From the NCBI GenBank assembly GCA_965206845.1, contig OZ242221.1, forward strand, positions 96,001 to 160,000: DNA of 64,000 nt. The letters run 5' to 3'. Source of the stretch: Cenarchaeum sp. (GTDB lineage Archaea > Thermoproteota > Nitrososphaeria > Nitrososphaerales > Nitrosopumilaceae). A program made the translations under genes and the position numbers. The notes below the pieces were generated by a model that was not told the origin of the DNA, searched no databases, and was given only the letters and a program-made list of their open reading frames with translations. Shown here piece after piece: positions 22,541 through 35,200 of this stretch (position 1 is its first letter; each line of letters begins with the position of its first letter).

Positions 22541-23857
22541 CGATCATCCACTTGATGTGTGGGTGCGTGACCGGATGCCGACTGGCCGCGCGGGAATCTC
22601 TTAGGCATCGTGAACTGATCGGGCTCCCGCGTCATAGGTATGGTTCCTGCCTGCATGCTGCGTTAAAAAGACGTCTGAGCGTGCCTTGCATTTCTGACGC
22701 TAAAAACGCCGGCCGAACGTACAAAAAACAACTATATCCCAAAGATATGGGCAGGCGAATCAAGTCGCCGAGGAAACGACTGTCGTTCATACATGCGCGT
22801 AGGGCACGGCTGTGAAAAACAAAATCATGATGAGGGCTAAGAATTATTTTCTCCATTTATGATAACAAATATCTATGTTTATAAGCATTCATGCGTTCAC
22901 AATCTTGCCTTTTAGAGATTATGCGTAGTCGGTTCTGGTAAATCTACGTGACCTGAATCAAGGTGGAAAGCACGTAACCTGTGGTGGTGGGACTAGTAGA
23001 TTACCAGTATGGCCGTCTGAACGCCTGTGATGTGGGCGCCACAGATATGGTGGATGTGGTAGCTGAGAGCATGATCTGCAAGGGACTCATCTACCGCGAC
23101 CTAGTAGTTCCGTGGAACTCTTGGAAGGCATCGAGGCATGACTAGCCACTGTGAGCAGGCTCCGGGCGGGCTTGGCACGGCATGGACGTATCTGGAAAGC
23201 GTCGAGGCATGGTAGATGGCATGGTTTTTTGGTCACAACTAGCCTACATGGGGCAACATGGCAGCCATGTCGTGGCAGCCGGCTCCAGGTGCGGTTACCG
23301 TCCAGTTGAATGGACTGTCGCACCGAACCGTGCCGGGACAAGTTTTGGTCGACCCTCGGACCAGCCATGGGTGGCGATATGGCATCCGCTACCGCTAAAA
23401 CTTCACGTAGGGTCTTACCAGACCCGTTAAACAGTGTACAAAATGCCGCATTCACGCCGGAATGCCCACATCATGTCAGCGTCACGGACGCTGGACATCT
23501 CTACTCGACCCGACACACATGGCATCTGGCAAGCATATCAGGTTCTAGGCACGGATCTGGCCATATACGACAGCTTGCAGGGCCCTGAACCCGTGTGATA
23601 ATGATATCACAAGCGATCAGAATCTCCCTAAAGTGGCGTTTTTTCTCCACTTGCTAGGATTAAATCGCCGGTGCACGTCGCCGTCCGGGCTACGCTGCCC
23701 GATCCGTACCAAGACACTGGACCGGCCCGTGCATCCCCGAGTGTCTCGTGCAGGTTTGGGCGCAAATGATGACGGATGCGATCGAGCGCGGGGATTTGAC
23801 CCATCCCAGACTGATTTCTTGCCCGCACCCGGCACCAACCTCTAAATTGATCGTGGC

Positions 23858-24562
23858 TTGACTGCGGGCATGATGTTGCACGGACCGTCGGTAGCCATAG
23901 GCGCCGCAGTCTCTGCTGCGCTAGTGGCATCGGCCTTTCTTGCTCTCGGTGCCCTGGATCTGCAGAAGACGGATCTTGTGCGGGAGGATGCCCCGGAGCC
24001 CGGGCCGGATGTGGCGTTCCTGCTGGAGAGTGACTCAGTCATACTTGGTGATCCCGACGCCGGTGTGACCTTGGTGGAGTTTGGCGACTACCAGTGCATT
24101 GCCTGCAGCAGGTTCTTCCACCAGACAGAAGATGCCCTGCTGCAGAGCTACGTGGAGACAGGCAAGGTCAAGATGTTCTTCATGGATTTTACCATCATAG
24201 GCCAGGACTCGGCCAATGCAGCTCACGGAAGCCACTGCGCCGCAGATCAGGGCAAATTCTGGGAGTATCACGATATACTGTACAATAACTGGGCGGGCGA
24301 GAACACCGGCTGGGCGTCACCGGACAACCTGTATCGGTTTGCAGGCGAGATAGACCTGGATCTCGCGGAGTGGGGCGCCTGCATGAATGACGCCAGGCAT
24401 CTGGACATGATACAGGCCAGCAACGAGTACGCCAGGGCGGCAGGACTGCCCGGGACACCGTCTTTCTTTGTCATAGGCCCTCAGGGGCATGTGACCTCCA
24501 TCGTGGGGCCACAGCCCTATGAAGTCTTTGCAAGGGTGTTTGACGCAGAGCTGGCAAGATAG
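23858..24562 (+). CDS. Membrane-anchored DsbA-family thiol-disulfide oxidoreductase
   Basis: LGDPDA.VTLVEFGDYQCIAC, GTPSF and GPQPY motifs; N-terminal TM segment. Confidence 0.9.
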   Translation: MTAGMMLHGPSVAIGAAVSAALVASAFLALGALDLQKTDLVREDAPEPGPDVAFLLESDSVILGDPDAGVTLVEFGDYQCIACSRFFHQTEDALLQSYVETGKVKMFFMDFTIIGQDSANAAHGSHCAADQGKFWEYHDILYNNWAGENTGWASPDNLYRFAGEIDLDLAEWGACMNDARHLDMIQASNEYARAAGLPGTPSFFVIGPQGHVTSIVGPQPYEVFARVFDAELAR

Positions 24563-24912
24563 CGCTGGGGCCAAGCGACATACCTCCGGCACCCTTGCTT
24601 GACCTGCGGGCACAGGCACGGCGCATGGGTCCTCCTGCATTAAGGTAGGAACATCACTTCCCTGGGGCCACCCGGGCGCCGCATTCTGCACACCGTGTGT
24701 CCATTGCATGCGTGATCAGGAGTTCCTTCCGGCGGCTCTGCCGTCCCAGCTCACGGCATGGCTGCAAGATGTCCCCCAAGCCCAATGATCCCATGGGAAA
24801 GCTCTAGAGATAAATAACCAACAACGGGCTTAACTGCTATGTCGGCAGAATCACCGCTCATTTCCCGTGTGGGGGGCACACCTAGGCCGATCCGTTCATG
24901 TGTGTGAAGAGT

Positions 24913-26304
24913 ATGAGTCAGATAACCACGGTGAATCCCGCCACAGACGAGCGTATTGCAACGTATCAGGCCATGGACGGGGCTCAGATATCAGGCATGG
25001 TGGGAAAAGCCAAGAGGATATTTCCAGAGTGGAAGAAGAGCTACGAGAAGCGCAGAACCCACATCTACAGCCTGATCGAGTACCTGAAGAAAAACAAGAC
25101 ACGGCTTGCAGAGGTTGCGACCGCAGAGATGGGAAAGGCCCTCAAGGAGTCCATTGGCGAGGTAGAGAAGTGCATCTGGGCGCTGGAGTTTTACGCCGAC
25201 TATGGAGACAGCTTCCTGGCTGACGAGGTGCTAAACACAGATGCAAGAAAGACCTTTCTGACCTTCGAGCCGCTGGGGGTGATCGGATCCATAATGCCGT
25301 GGAACTTTCCATACTGGCAGGCGCTGAGGTTTGCTGCTCCGTGCCTGATGGCCGGAAACGTGATCATAATGAAGCCTGCAAGCATGACGATGCAGACGGG
25401 AATCGAGATCGAGCAGGCATTTACCGAGGCAGGCATCCCCGATGGGATCTTCCAGGCAGTCGTAGGAAGCGTAAGCTCTGCAAACCACCTGATCGACTCG
25501 GAGGTTAGCGCCGTCACATTTACCGGAAGCACCGGCGCCGGAGCAAAGGTTGGCGGAAGGGCGGCTGCAAACCTGAAAAAGTGCGTTCTAGAGCTTGGCG
25601 GAAGCGATCCCTTCATAGTGCTAGATGACGCAATCGTGGAAAAGGCGGCAGAAGGAGCCGTCAAGGGCAGGTTCATCAACTGCGGCCAGAGCTGCATAGC
25701 CTCAAAGAGGTTCTTTGTTGCAAAGAACGTCGCAAATGACTTTATCGAGATGTTCGTCAAAAAGGCATCACGGCTCAAGGTCGGGGATCCTATGTCCATT
25801 GAGACTGACATGGGCCCGATCTCAAGCAAGGGCGGGCTTGAGTGGATCTCAGAGATGGTGGAGGACGCAAAAGCCAAGGGGGCCGAGGTCCTTCTGGGCG
25901 GATCCAGGATCGACGGCAAGGGGTGTTTTTACCAGCCGACGATCCTTGGCAACGTCAAGCCGGACATGAGGATCGCAAGGGAGGAGACATTTGGGCCGGT
26001 AGCCCCGATCACAATAGTGGAGAATGAGCGCGAGGCCATCAGGCTTGCCAACGACAACGAGTTTGGCCTTGGCGCAAGCATCTGGACCAGCGATCTCACA
26101 AAGGCAGAGAAGATGTCCCGACGGATCGAGTCCGGTATCGTGAGCGTCAATAACGTGGTGGTCTCAGATCCCCGAATCCCATTCGGGGGAATCAAGCACA
26201 GCGGGTTTGGGAGGGAGCTTTCAAGGTACGGCATGCTGGAGTTTGTGAACATGAAGTCTATTAGGTACTATGACAACCTGGTGCACAACCACTACGTGGA
26301 GTAG
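24913..26304 (+). CDS. NAD(P)-dependent aldehyde dehydrogenase (succinate-semialdehyde DH-like)
   Basis: PWNFP, FTGS, LELGGSDP, GQSCIA, EETFGP and PFGG motifs. Confidence 0.92.
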   Translation: MSQITTVNPATDERIATYQAMDGAQISGMVGKAKRIFPEWKKSYEKRRTHIYSLIEYLKKNKTRLAEVATAEMGKALKESIGEVEKCIWALEFYADYGDSFLADEVLNTDARKTFLTFEPLGVIGSIMPWNFPYWQALRFAAPCLMAGNVIIMKPASMTMQTGIEIEQAFTEAGIPDGIFQAVVGSVSSANHLIDSEVSAVTFTGSTGAGAKVGGRAAANLKKCVLELGGSDPFIVLDDAIVEKAAEGAVKGRFINCGQSCIASKRFFVAKNVANDFIEMFVKKASRLKVGDPMSIETDMGPISSKGGLEWISEMVEDAKAKGAEVLLGGSRIDGKGCFYQPTILGNVKPDMRIAREETFGPVAPITIVENEREAIRLANDNEFGLGASIWTSDLTKAEKMSRRIESGIVSVNNVVVSDPRIPFGGIKHSGFGRELSRYGMLEFVNMKSIRYYDNLVHNHYVE

Positions 26305-26468
26305 CCTCTTGGCATCGCTACAGAGCCAGGTGGTGGCCATGGCTTCCGCCCAGTGTCCTACCAGGTTTACGGCATTTGCGTTCCACGGCTCCAGTCATGT
26401 CCTGCCACGTGCCGGCCTTGCAGTGGCAGTATCCGATACTGATCGAGCACATTCCCGCCCACAAACCA

Positions 26469-27831
26469 AACTCTGTTTCCTAATTATGCGGCACACAGAC
26501 ACCCGCCTGTGTGACTCTGTCTATGTCACTGCCTCCCCTCCTGTCTTGCTGCCTTCGGGACCGGTTTTACAGACGGGCACACCACCCTTGGCGTGCCATA
26601 TCCGTTGTCAATTGCCGTGTCAATCAGATGGTTGTACAGCCACACCTTGCCGTATATCTCAGTCTTGACGTTCTCCCACTTTCGTGCGTTCACGCACTCA
26701 CCGAGGACCCGTTTGAATGTGGAGAAGGCGATCTCGACTGCCCACCTGTCGTTGTATCCTGACTCTTTCCGCCATGCCTTCTGGAGCTCCCTCTTTTGCT
26801 CGCGCGTAAGATCTGCAAACTCGTGTTCTGTCTTCTTGTCTATGTGGTCAAAACCGCCAAGCTGCCTGAATCCTGCCTCCTTGCGTGGCATGCACCCGTT
26901 TGCGTTTCCGGCAAAATCAATGCGGACGGGAATCAGCGGGTTGGTTCCGCGCTCGTTGCAGTAGCTGCGGATGTTCTTGGTATCGTACGCACCGTCAGCT
27001 GCGATTCCGGCGTCTGCGGACGTACCCGCGTTTGGCGATTTTTCCGCATTTGCAAAAGCCTGCCCTACCAGCTCCTCAAACTGCGGGGAGTCTCCGCACT
27101 TGTCGTCAGTTATGACCACGGCATAGATCTTCTTGGTCCTGGTGTCTACGCCCACGTGCAGCTTTATGAATCCGCGCCTCGTGCCCCACTTTGCTGTCAT
27201 CCAGTCACCGCGGTTTGTAGGCTTGAGCCCGGTGGAGTCAAAGGCAAACAGGCTTATCTCGGTTCTCGTGTTGCCGTCTGAGAACCATGCGGCAGACGTA
27301 TTGCCACTGCCTTTCTCATCAAAAGTGCAGTCGAGTTTTGTCATCCTCTTCTGGAATGCCGAGTATGTGGGTGCGTTTACCTTGCCGACGATTGTCTCTG
27401 CCAGGCCCTGCAGCTGCCTGTACTTTATGCCCGTGGCGTTTCTGAACAGGGATGCTGCCGCAAAGCATGCGTTTGAAAAGCCAAACGGACGGCCGACCTT
27501 TCCATGATTTAGCTCCTCCAGGCCCTGTTTTAGGATCGCCATGCTTATCTGAAGCACGTACAGCTGGCCACGGTCTATGTACTTGCGGTCATCGTACTGG
27601 AGCCTGCATTTTTTCGGATTGGAAGATTTTTTAGTATTATGTGGGTCAGGTGCATTCGGAGAGGAGGTGTTTGTGGTCATGTTTCGCAGCCTGACTACCG
27701 GCACACCTCTCTGATCAATATGGCTTCTTGTTGAAAATGCCTGATGTGAAGCTCAAATTCAGTTGGCTTGCCTAATCTGACCTGATTTTGGAGCCACTAG
27801 GCGTGACTGGAAATAATTAGGAAACAGAGTT
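26469..27831 (-). mobile_element. IS5-family (IS903-like) insertion sequence, complete copy
   Basis: 19-bp TIR aactctgtttcctaattat; 8-bp TSD acaaacca (26461-26468 / 27832-27839). Confidence 0.93.
26526..27704 (-). CDS. IS5-family DDE transposase
   Basis: FDSTGLK, IKLHVGVD, ADGAYD and YNDRWAVEIAFSTFK motifs. Confidence 0.92.
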   Translation of the reverse strand: MPVVRLRNMTTNTSSPNAPDPHNTKKSSNPKKCRLQYDDRKYIDRGQLYVLQISMAILKQGLEELNHGKVGRPFGFSNACFAAASLFRNATGIKYRQLQGLAETIVGKVNAPTYSAFQKRMTKLDCTFDEKGSGNTSAAWFSDGNTRTEISLFAFDSTGLKPTNRGDWMTAKWGTRRGFIKLHVGVDTRTKKIYAVVITDDKCGDSPQFEELVGQAFANAEKSPNAGTSADAGIAADGAYDTKNIRSYCNERGTNPLIPVRIDFAGNANGCMPRKEAGFRQLGGFDHIDKKTEHEFADLTREQKRELQKAWRKESGYNDRWAVEIAFSTFKRVLGECVNARKWENVKTEIYGKVWLYNHLIDTAIDNGYGTPRVVCPSVKPVPKAARQEGRQ

Positions 27832-27876
27832 ACAAACCAGCTAACCTTATATTCTGAAACCAGAGACAGACACTGA

Positions 27877-29271
27877 TTGATAGTTGGAATAGACGACATA
27901 GCGATATACATACCAAGACTGTATGTGGACGCAGAGGACTTTGCGGACTACCGCCACGTGGATCCGGCCAAGCTGCAGAAGGGCCTAGGCATATCACAGA
28001 TGTCCATAGTGGATACGTATCAGGATCCTGCCTGTCTGGCATCAAACGCCTGTCTCAAGGTAATGAAGAAGAGCAAGCTGTCCCCCGATGACGTCGGCAG
28101 GCTGTATGTCTCCACCGAGTCCTCCTTGGACGAGTCCAAGGCGATGAACTCCTACGTTATCGGAATGCTGGAGCAGGTGTACGGCCGCGGAACATTCGAG
28201 CACTGCGGCGGCATAGAGACAAAGTTTGCCTGTGTCTCAGGCTCCTATGCCCTGTACGACAACGCAAACTGGATAAGAGCCGGAGAGGCAGACGGCAAGT
28301 ACTCGATGGTTGTGGTGTCCGATATTGCAAAGTATGATCTGGGCTCCTCTGGCGAGATGACCCAGGGCGCCGGCGCCGTTGCAATGCTGCTGTGCGATCA
28401 CCCCAAACTGATGGCATTTGATCCCAAGGTTACGGCCACCTCGATCAAGGACGAGTATGACTTTTACCGCCCATTTGGAAAGGAGACCCCCATAGTCAGG
28501 GGGCAGTACTCCAACATGCTGTACCTGATTCAGATAAGAAAGGCGCTAGAGGCGTACAAGAAGAAGGCAATATCCACGGGAACCATAGTTCCCAGAGATG
28601 GTGAGACCGTCCTGGATTATATCGACTACCTCTGCATGCACCTTCCATACTCCAACATGGGCAAGAAGGCCCTAGCATACCTTATGAGGCACGAGTGGAG
28701 ATCACTGCCGCGATGGCGTGACATCATCGAAAGGGTCGGCATGGAGGAACCCGTTCCCAAGGATCCCCGAGGAACCATCGAGTCGGTTCTTGCTGACATG
28801 GAGTTCATGCACAACGATCAAAACTTCCAGAGGCGGTTTACGAAGACGCCGGAGTTTAGGGAGACATACGAGAAGAAGATGGCAAGCTCACTCATTGCAT
28901 CCACAATGGTAGGCAACCTGTACACGGCCTCGCTGTATCTGGGGCTCAGAAGCACCATCGAGTTCGAGTACAAAAAGGGCGTCGATCTTTATGGCAAGCG
29001 CTTTGGATTTGGATCCTATGGCTCCGGAAGCTCTGCCATGGTCTTCTCTGGCACGGTACAGCCAGAGTACGCGGAAGTAGCAAAGAGGATGAGCCTTGAG
29101 TCAGAGATTGGTTCGAGAAGAAGACTCACCATAGACGAGTACGTGGCCCTGCATGAGAACAGGAGGGACTTTGCCGAGCCCATCTTGGATCCCAGCAAGG
29201 AGTTTGCCCTGGTGAGCATCGGAACCGGTCCGGAGTTCCGGGGAGAGCGCAAGTACACCTTTAACGAATAG
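27877..29271 (+). CDS. Hydroxymethylglutaryl-CoA synthase family protein
   Basis: GIDDIAIYIP, STES, KFACVSG catalytic Cys, TQGAGA, MHLPY, GNLYTASLY and SYGSG motifs. Confidence 0.92.
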   Translation: MIVGIDDIAIYIPRLYVDAEDFADYRHVDPAKLQKGLGISQMSIVDTYQDPACLASNACLKVMKKSKLSPDDVGRLYVSTESSLDESKAMNSYVIGMLEQVYGRGTFEHCGGIETKFACVSGSYALYDNANWIRAGEADGKYSMVVVSDIAKYDLGSSGEMTQGAGAVAMLLCDHPKLMAFDPKVTATSIKDEYDFYRPFGKETPIVRGQYSNMLYLIQIRKALEAYKKKAISTGTIVPRDGETVLDYIDYLCMHLPYSNMGKKALAYLMRHEWRSLPRWRDIIERVGMEEPVPKDPRGTIESVLADMEFMHNDQNFQRRFTKTPEFRETYEKKMASSLIASTMVGNLYTASLYLGLRSTIEFEYKKGVDLYGKRFGFGSYGSGSSAMVFSGTVQPEYAEVAKRMSLESEIGSRRRLTIDEYVALHENRRDFAEPILDPSKEFALVSIGTGPEFRGERKYTFNE

Positions 29272-29274
29272 ACC

Positions 29275-30876
<1,602 letters not shown>

Positions 30877-30961
30877 ATCATGTGTTGCGCGTACTGGTTC
30901 TATTAAGTATGAACTCACAGCAGGCCGTAGTTGGGCAGGCGGCATTGCGCGAGGCGACAGC

Positions 30962-31465
30962 CTAGTCAAGATACCGGTCATACTTTTTGCGCGTCTCCTT
31001 GTCTGAGAGAACCTCGTATGCACGGTTGATCTCTGCCATGGCCTTCGAGTCTCCCCGGGACCTGTCAGGGTGAGTCTCTTTTGCCAGTTTCCTGAACCTG
31101 CTTCTGATCTCTGCCTGCGTTGCATCCCTTGAAATCCCTAGAACCTTGTAGCAGTCCGGCATGCCGGACTCTATCTCCTCCTGGAGCCCTTCGTCTGTCA
31201 TGCCTCTCTTCCCAAACTCCTCATAGTCGTCACTCCAGCCGGAGTGGTATTTTTCGTAGTCCCTGTTTCTCTTCGAGTCCGTTTCTGTCCTGTCATACTC
31301 GGTCCTCTTTCGGCTGAGCACTCCCCGTGCGGCATACAGCGCTATGCCGATTACAACTGCGACCGACACCGAGAACAGAATGGTAAGATCCGTATCTGAC
31401 GGCGCGGCACCATCCAAACCTTGACCAAAGGCCTCCAGCAACAGATACAACACAGTTCTGCTCAT
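30962..31465 (-). CDS. Membrane protein with C-terminal J-domain
   Basis: YKVLGI, HPD and [10 protein letters not shown] motifs; N-terminal TM segment. Confidence 0.88.
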   Translation of the reverse strand: MSRTVLYLLLEAFGQGLDGAAPSDTDLTILFSVSVAVVIGIALYAARGVLSRKRTEYDRTETDSKRNRDYEKYHSGWSDDYEEFGKRGMTDEGLQEEIESGMPDCYKVLGISRDATQAEIRSRFRKLAKETHPDRSRGDSKAMAEINRAYEVLSDKETRKKYDRYLD

Positions 31466-31471
31466 ATCGGA

Positions 31472-31909
31472 TCAGAACAGACGAAAATCTTCCTTCGTGG
31501 TGCCTAACACCACATGCGTGATTGTGTTCTCTACGCCGTCTATGGATGCGAGGTTTTTCACAAATCCGCTCAGATCCACACGGTTCCTGAACTTTGCGAT
31601 TACCGCAATGTCTGCGCTACCGGTAATGTCATACACTGCGCATACGTTTTCTATGCGCGCGATCGTCTCCTCGATCCTGATGAGGCGGTCTTTTTTTGCC
31701 ACGACCTCAATGACAGCCGACAGGTTGTACCCCATCATTTCATGGTTCAGCCGCACCGAGTACCCCACTATTACGCCGGATTTTCTGAGTTTTTTTATTC
31801 TGGAGAGTATCGTAACAGTCGACACTCCGAGCTTCAATGACAGCCTGCGGGCTGAGAGCCGCCCGTCAACCAGCAAGCTTTTCAGGATTTTTTCGTCGAT
31901 CTCATCCAC
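31472..31909 (-). CDS. Lrp/AsnC-family transcriptional regulator
   Basis: MDEIDEKIL..DGR HTH, GVIVGY and YDITG motifs. Confidence 0.92.
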   Translation of the reverse strand: MDEIDEKILKSLLVDGRLSARRLSLKLGVSTVTILSRIKKLRKSGVIVGYSVRLNHEMMGYNLSAVIEVVAKKDRLIRIEETIARIENVCAVYDITGSADIAVIAKFRNRVDLSGFVKNLASIDGVENTITHVVLGTTKEDFRLF

Positions 31910-32279
31910 GATGATGCTGACTTAAAAGCACATTAAAGTTTTAGCAAGCGATCTCTTCTGCACCGTCGGGATCTGCTCCCATCCCCTGCATGGACGAAGT
32001 GCAAGCCGGGCTCCCGGATCTGCTGCGTGCAGCAATGCCGGCTAGGGGTGCATCACACGACCGGCGACGTACGCGGTATGAGGAGATGCAACCGAGTCGG
32101 CGGCACCATGTGCATGGCCTGCCAGCGGATCCTGAAGAAGGCTTCGATCCACCGTCGGCGGCAATCGGGGAGAGACTGACAGGGGGCGCCGGATCGTGCA
32201 TCAGGCACAACCCAGGTTGGCAGTGCCGCCGGGTGTAGGCAGGGGCACACTTAAAAAAAATCCAGATACACAGCATACC

Positions 32280-32504
32280 ATGACAGAATCAGATGCGGTA
32301 AAGCGCGGGAAGCGGTGCCTTCTAGAGGGCAGGTACGAGGATGCGCTGTCCATCTTTGAGCAGGCTCTGCTGCTTGACGAGAACAACCCCGACGTATGGA
32401 ACTGCAAGGGCGCCGCGCTGAGAAGCATGGGCAGGTACAATGAAGCCAACGAATGCTTTGACAGGGCCCTGAAGATCGATCCCCGGGACAGGAACTCGTC
32501 CTGA
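32280..32504 (+). CDS. Small TPR-repeat protein
   Basis: GRYEDAL..FEQAL..VWNCKGAAL..GRYNEA..FDRAL.IDP. Confidence 0.8.
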   Translation: MTESDAVKRGKRCLLEGRYEDALSIFEQALLLDENNPDVWNCKGAALRSMGRYNEANECFDRALKIDPRDRNSS

Positions 32505-32620
32505 CCGTGTGTCCAAACCGGACTGCGTCCCCGGTACTTACACAGTGTGCCAGAATGATCCCCGCTGGCTTCAAATCCGGCACACCAATCTATATCTTGG
32601 AGTAACAGGATCATACACAG

Positions 32621-33097
32621 ATGGCCGACAGCGTCAGCGATCTGCTGAACCGGGCAGACGAGAGCGTGCAGGACGGGGATCTCCGGGGCGCCCTAATCTG
32701 CTATGATCACATATTTGAGATCGAGCCAGACAATGTGGATGCCATGACTAACAAGGGCGTAACCATGCTGGCCATGGGGCGCCCCAAGGAAGCCGCCCTA
32801 CTTCACAAGACGGCGCTGGAGATGGAGCCCGGAAACTTTGATGTCCTGCTGAACATGGGCGCTGCACTCCATTCACTAAATGAGTACGATGCCGCCATAC
32901 GGCACTACGATCTGGCGCTGAGGATAGATAGCAGATCCGCTACGGCACTGGCATACAAGGCGCTCTCCCTGGCAGAGCAGGGAAGGACAGCCGAGGCGCT
33001 CGCTACCTTTGAGCGATCGCTGGAGGCAGACGGCGACTACGACCTACCGCGCACAGGCATCGAGGCCATCAAGCGCATGAATCTCAGAACACGGTAA
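32621..33097 (+). CDS. TPR-repeat protein
   Basis: About four TPR motifs. Confidence 0.85.
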   Translation: MADSVSDLLNRADESVQDGDLRGALICYDHIFEIEPDNVDAMTNKGVTMLAMGRPKEAALLHKTALEMEPGNFDVLLNMGAALHSLNEYDAAIRHYDLALRIDSRSATALAYKALSLAEQGRTAEALATFERSLEADGDYDLPRTGIEAIKRMNLRTR

Positions 33098-33257
33098 CAT
33101 CGCCGGGGGCCGGCTCCCGCCGGGTTTGCTCCGCGTGGGACTCGAAGAACTCCCGGTGCTCTGCCTGCTGATGCTCCCGGAGCTCCTCGATATTCCCAAA
33201 CCCCGCGTGGCAGAGAAAGCACTTTGGATCGTCTTCGTTTACTAGTGGAAGAACCAT
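33084..33257 (-). CDS. Small C2H2-type zinc-finger protein (57 aa)
   Basis: Hand translation MVLPLVNEDDPKCFLCHAGFGNIEELREHQQAEHREFF...; CxxC-x12-H-x4-H; below the ORF-track cutoff. Confidence 0.75.
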   Translation of the reverse strand: MVLPLVNEDDPKCFLCHAGFGNIEELREHQQAEHREFFESHAEQTRREPAPGDVTVF

Positions 33258-33330
33258 AAGGTGCGCAGCAGTGCAGCGTAATTAATCTTATATGCTTTGG
33301 TAGATCGTGTGGGGTGCCGCCTAGTGCGCG

Positions 33331-35013
33331 TCATGCGACAGATTGTGTAACATATGGGGGAATTACATACAAAAGTAAACCGGTACTTTTGCCTTTTTCT
33401 GGCGCTCCGGCGATCCCTCCCACGCGTGGCTCTTGCGTGTTGTTTGCGGAGCGTCCGGGAGCAATCCCGGCCTGGAATCTCGCGCCTTTGGACGACGTTC
33501 CCCGCCGCCCTGCCGCCGCCCTGGCGGCAATGTTATGCGCGGCATTGACGTCCGCGTTGATGTGGCATTCGCATTTGTGATTCGTGCATATGAACTCGGC
33601 CTGCGACACGCGGGAGCCTTTGTCCCTGCGGCCGCACATGTGGCATGTGGTGCTCGTGCCCCCCGGATAAACGGAGATTACCTTCACGCCAGCGTTCGCG
33701 CATGCGCCCTCGATCCGCCTTTGGAACGTCCCCGGCCTGGAGTATGCCATCTCGCGGTTGAGCCCCGTCTTGGCGGAGCTCCCCCTACCCTTGGCCCTGG
33801 CTGTCATGTTCTTGACTTTCAGGTCCTCAACAACCACCGTGCCGGCGCCGTCGGCTATCCTCTTGGACGCGTGCCGCTCCCGATCCGTCTGGCGGTTGGC
33901 GACCTTTTCCCGCCTCTTCCGGATCCTCCTTTGGAGCTCCTTGTAGCCCCGTGACTTGGGCTTCCTTGGCCTGTTATGCCTAGCCTTCATGTTGGTGCGG
34001 TCCTGCCCGCCTGTCTTGTCCTGCCTGCCGGACTTGCCGATCTGCCTGATGCGCCGGTTGCCGCTCCCTCCCCTCTTTCGCGAGAGCTCCGCGCACATCC
34101 TCGATATGTCGTCGTTCTTCGTCCTCCTGCAGCCGTCCGGGATGTCGTGGAACTCCGTATATCCGGTGTCCAGGTCAACGGTGGTGGCGCTGTGGACTAT
34201 GCCCATGTCTACTCCCCTTATGACGTCGCATTCCACGGACTTTGGCGCCTCCACCCTTGCCTGGACGTGGAGGCGGTACGTCCTATTGTGGTCCCCGGTG
34301 CGCCTCGTTGTCTTCTTCGTCGTCTCGACGAGCTGGAAGGATCGCATGTCGAGCCCCTCCACGTCGCCGTGCACCCTTACCGTGCCTATGCCGGGAAGAT
34401 GCAGCAGGCCTCCGCCCTTGGGCACCGGCCTCTCGAACACGCACAGCGCCTGCCTTTCGCCTTTTTTCCTGAACAGGCCGTTGGCGCGGCTCCAGCGGTT
34501 CCTCTTGCCGTTCCATTTGTTAGGCGGCAAATTTGCTGCCGTGCCGATATCCTTGACCCCCTCGCTTTCCCTGTCGCGCCTGGACAGGTTTTTCCACATG
34601 ATCTTGTTGGAGCGCTTCTTGGCGTTTGATTCCATGAACTTTTGCACCGCGTCCAGCCCCTGCCTGAGGCCGGCCCGCTGCACCCTGCCGTTGCCGGCTT
34701 GCCGGATGCCGGCCGCCTGTGCGCCGTCATCACGGACGAGCCACCGGTTGGCGTTTCTTCATTTGGTGAGCATGCCGCAGAGATCATAGAATGTCACGTC
34801 AGGGCTCCTGAGCACCTCCCGGACTGCCATGTTGTACGCCCACCTTTGCTGGACAATGAGGCGCGATACGAGGACGGAAAGATCCCCGGACTGGCCAAAG
34901 TCCGTTTTTATGGTGCGGACCATCGTGCCCTTCATTGCGGGCTTTGGCTTCGCTTCGGGCGCCGGTGCAGTTGCCGGCGCGGTTGCCGCCACTGCCGTAG
35001 TGACTGATTTCAT
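33331..35013 (-). pseudogene. tnpB: TnpB (RuvC, Cas12f-like) RNA-guided nuclease interrupted by one in-frame TGA at 34759-34761
   Basis: RWAYN, LHLPGIG.V, GVDMG (D), VVVEDL (E), TSTTCHMCG..FICTNHKC zinc finger, NADVNAA (D); the 34759..35025 and 33331..34683 ORFs are in the same frame (LTK*RNANRWL). Confidence 0.88.
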
Positions 35014-35200
35014 TACCGCGAGCATATGTCAAATGTGTATAAAAGCGCCGCGACGATACCATGCAGACTATACAGGCCATGCGGACAGTCCGCACTGTCA
35101 TGGCCATCCATGCCGCCGCGCCGGTATCGCGCAAGGACTGCGCGTGGGAGGGGGCGCCAGAAAAAGACAGAAGTGTCGTTTACTTTTGTATGTAATTCCC
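33358..35200 (-). mobile_element. Non-autonomous TIR-bounded element whose only cargo is tnpB
   Basis: Perfect 23-bp IR gggaattacatacaaaagtaaac (33358-33380 / 35178-35200), extending imperfectly to ~80 bp; flanks acatatgg (33350-33357) / gcatatgg (35201-35208). Confidence 0.8.
35037..35044. promoter_or_regulatory. Candidate bidirectional archaeal TATA box
   Basis: TATAAAA on + (35038-35044), TTTTATAC on -; ~25 nt upstream of the tnpB ATG at 35013. Confidence 0.5.
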
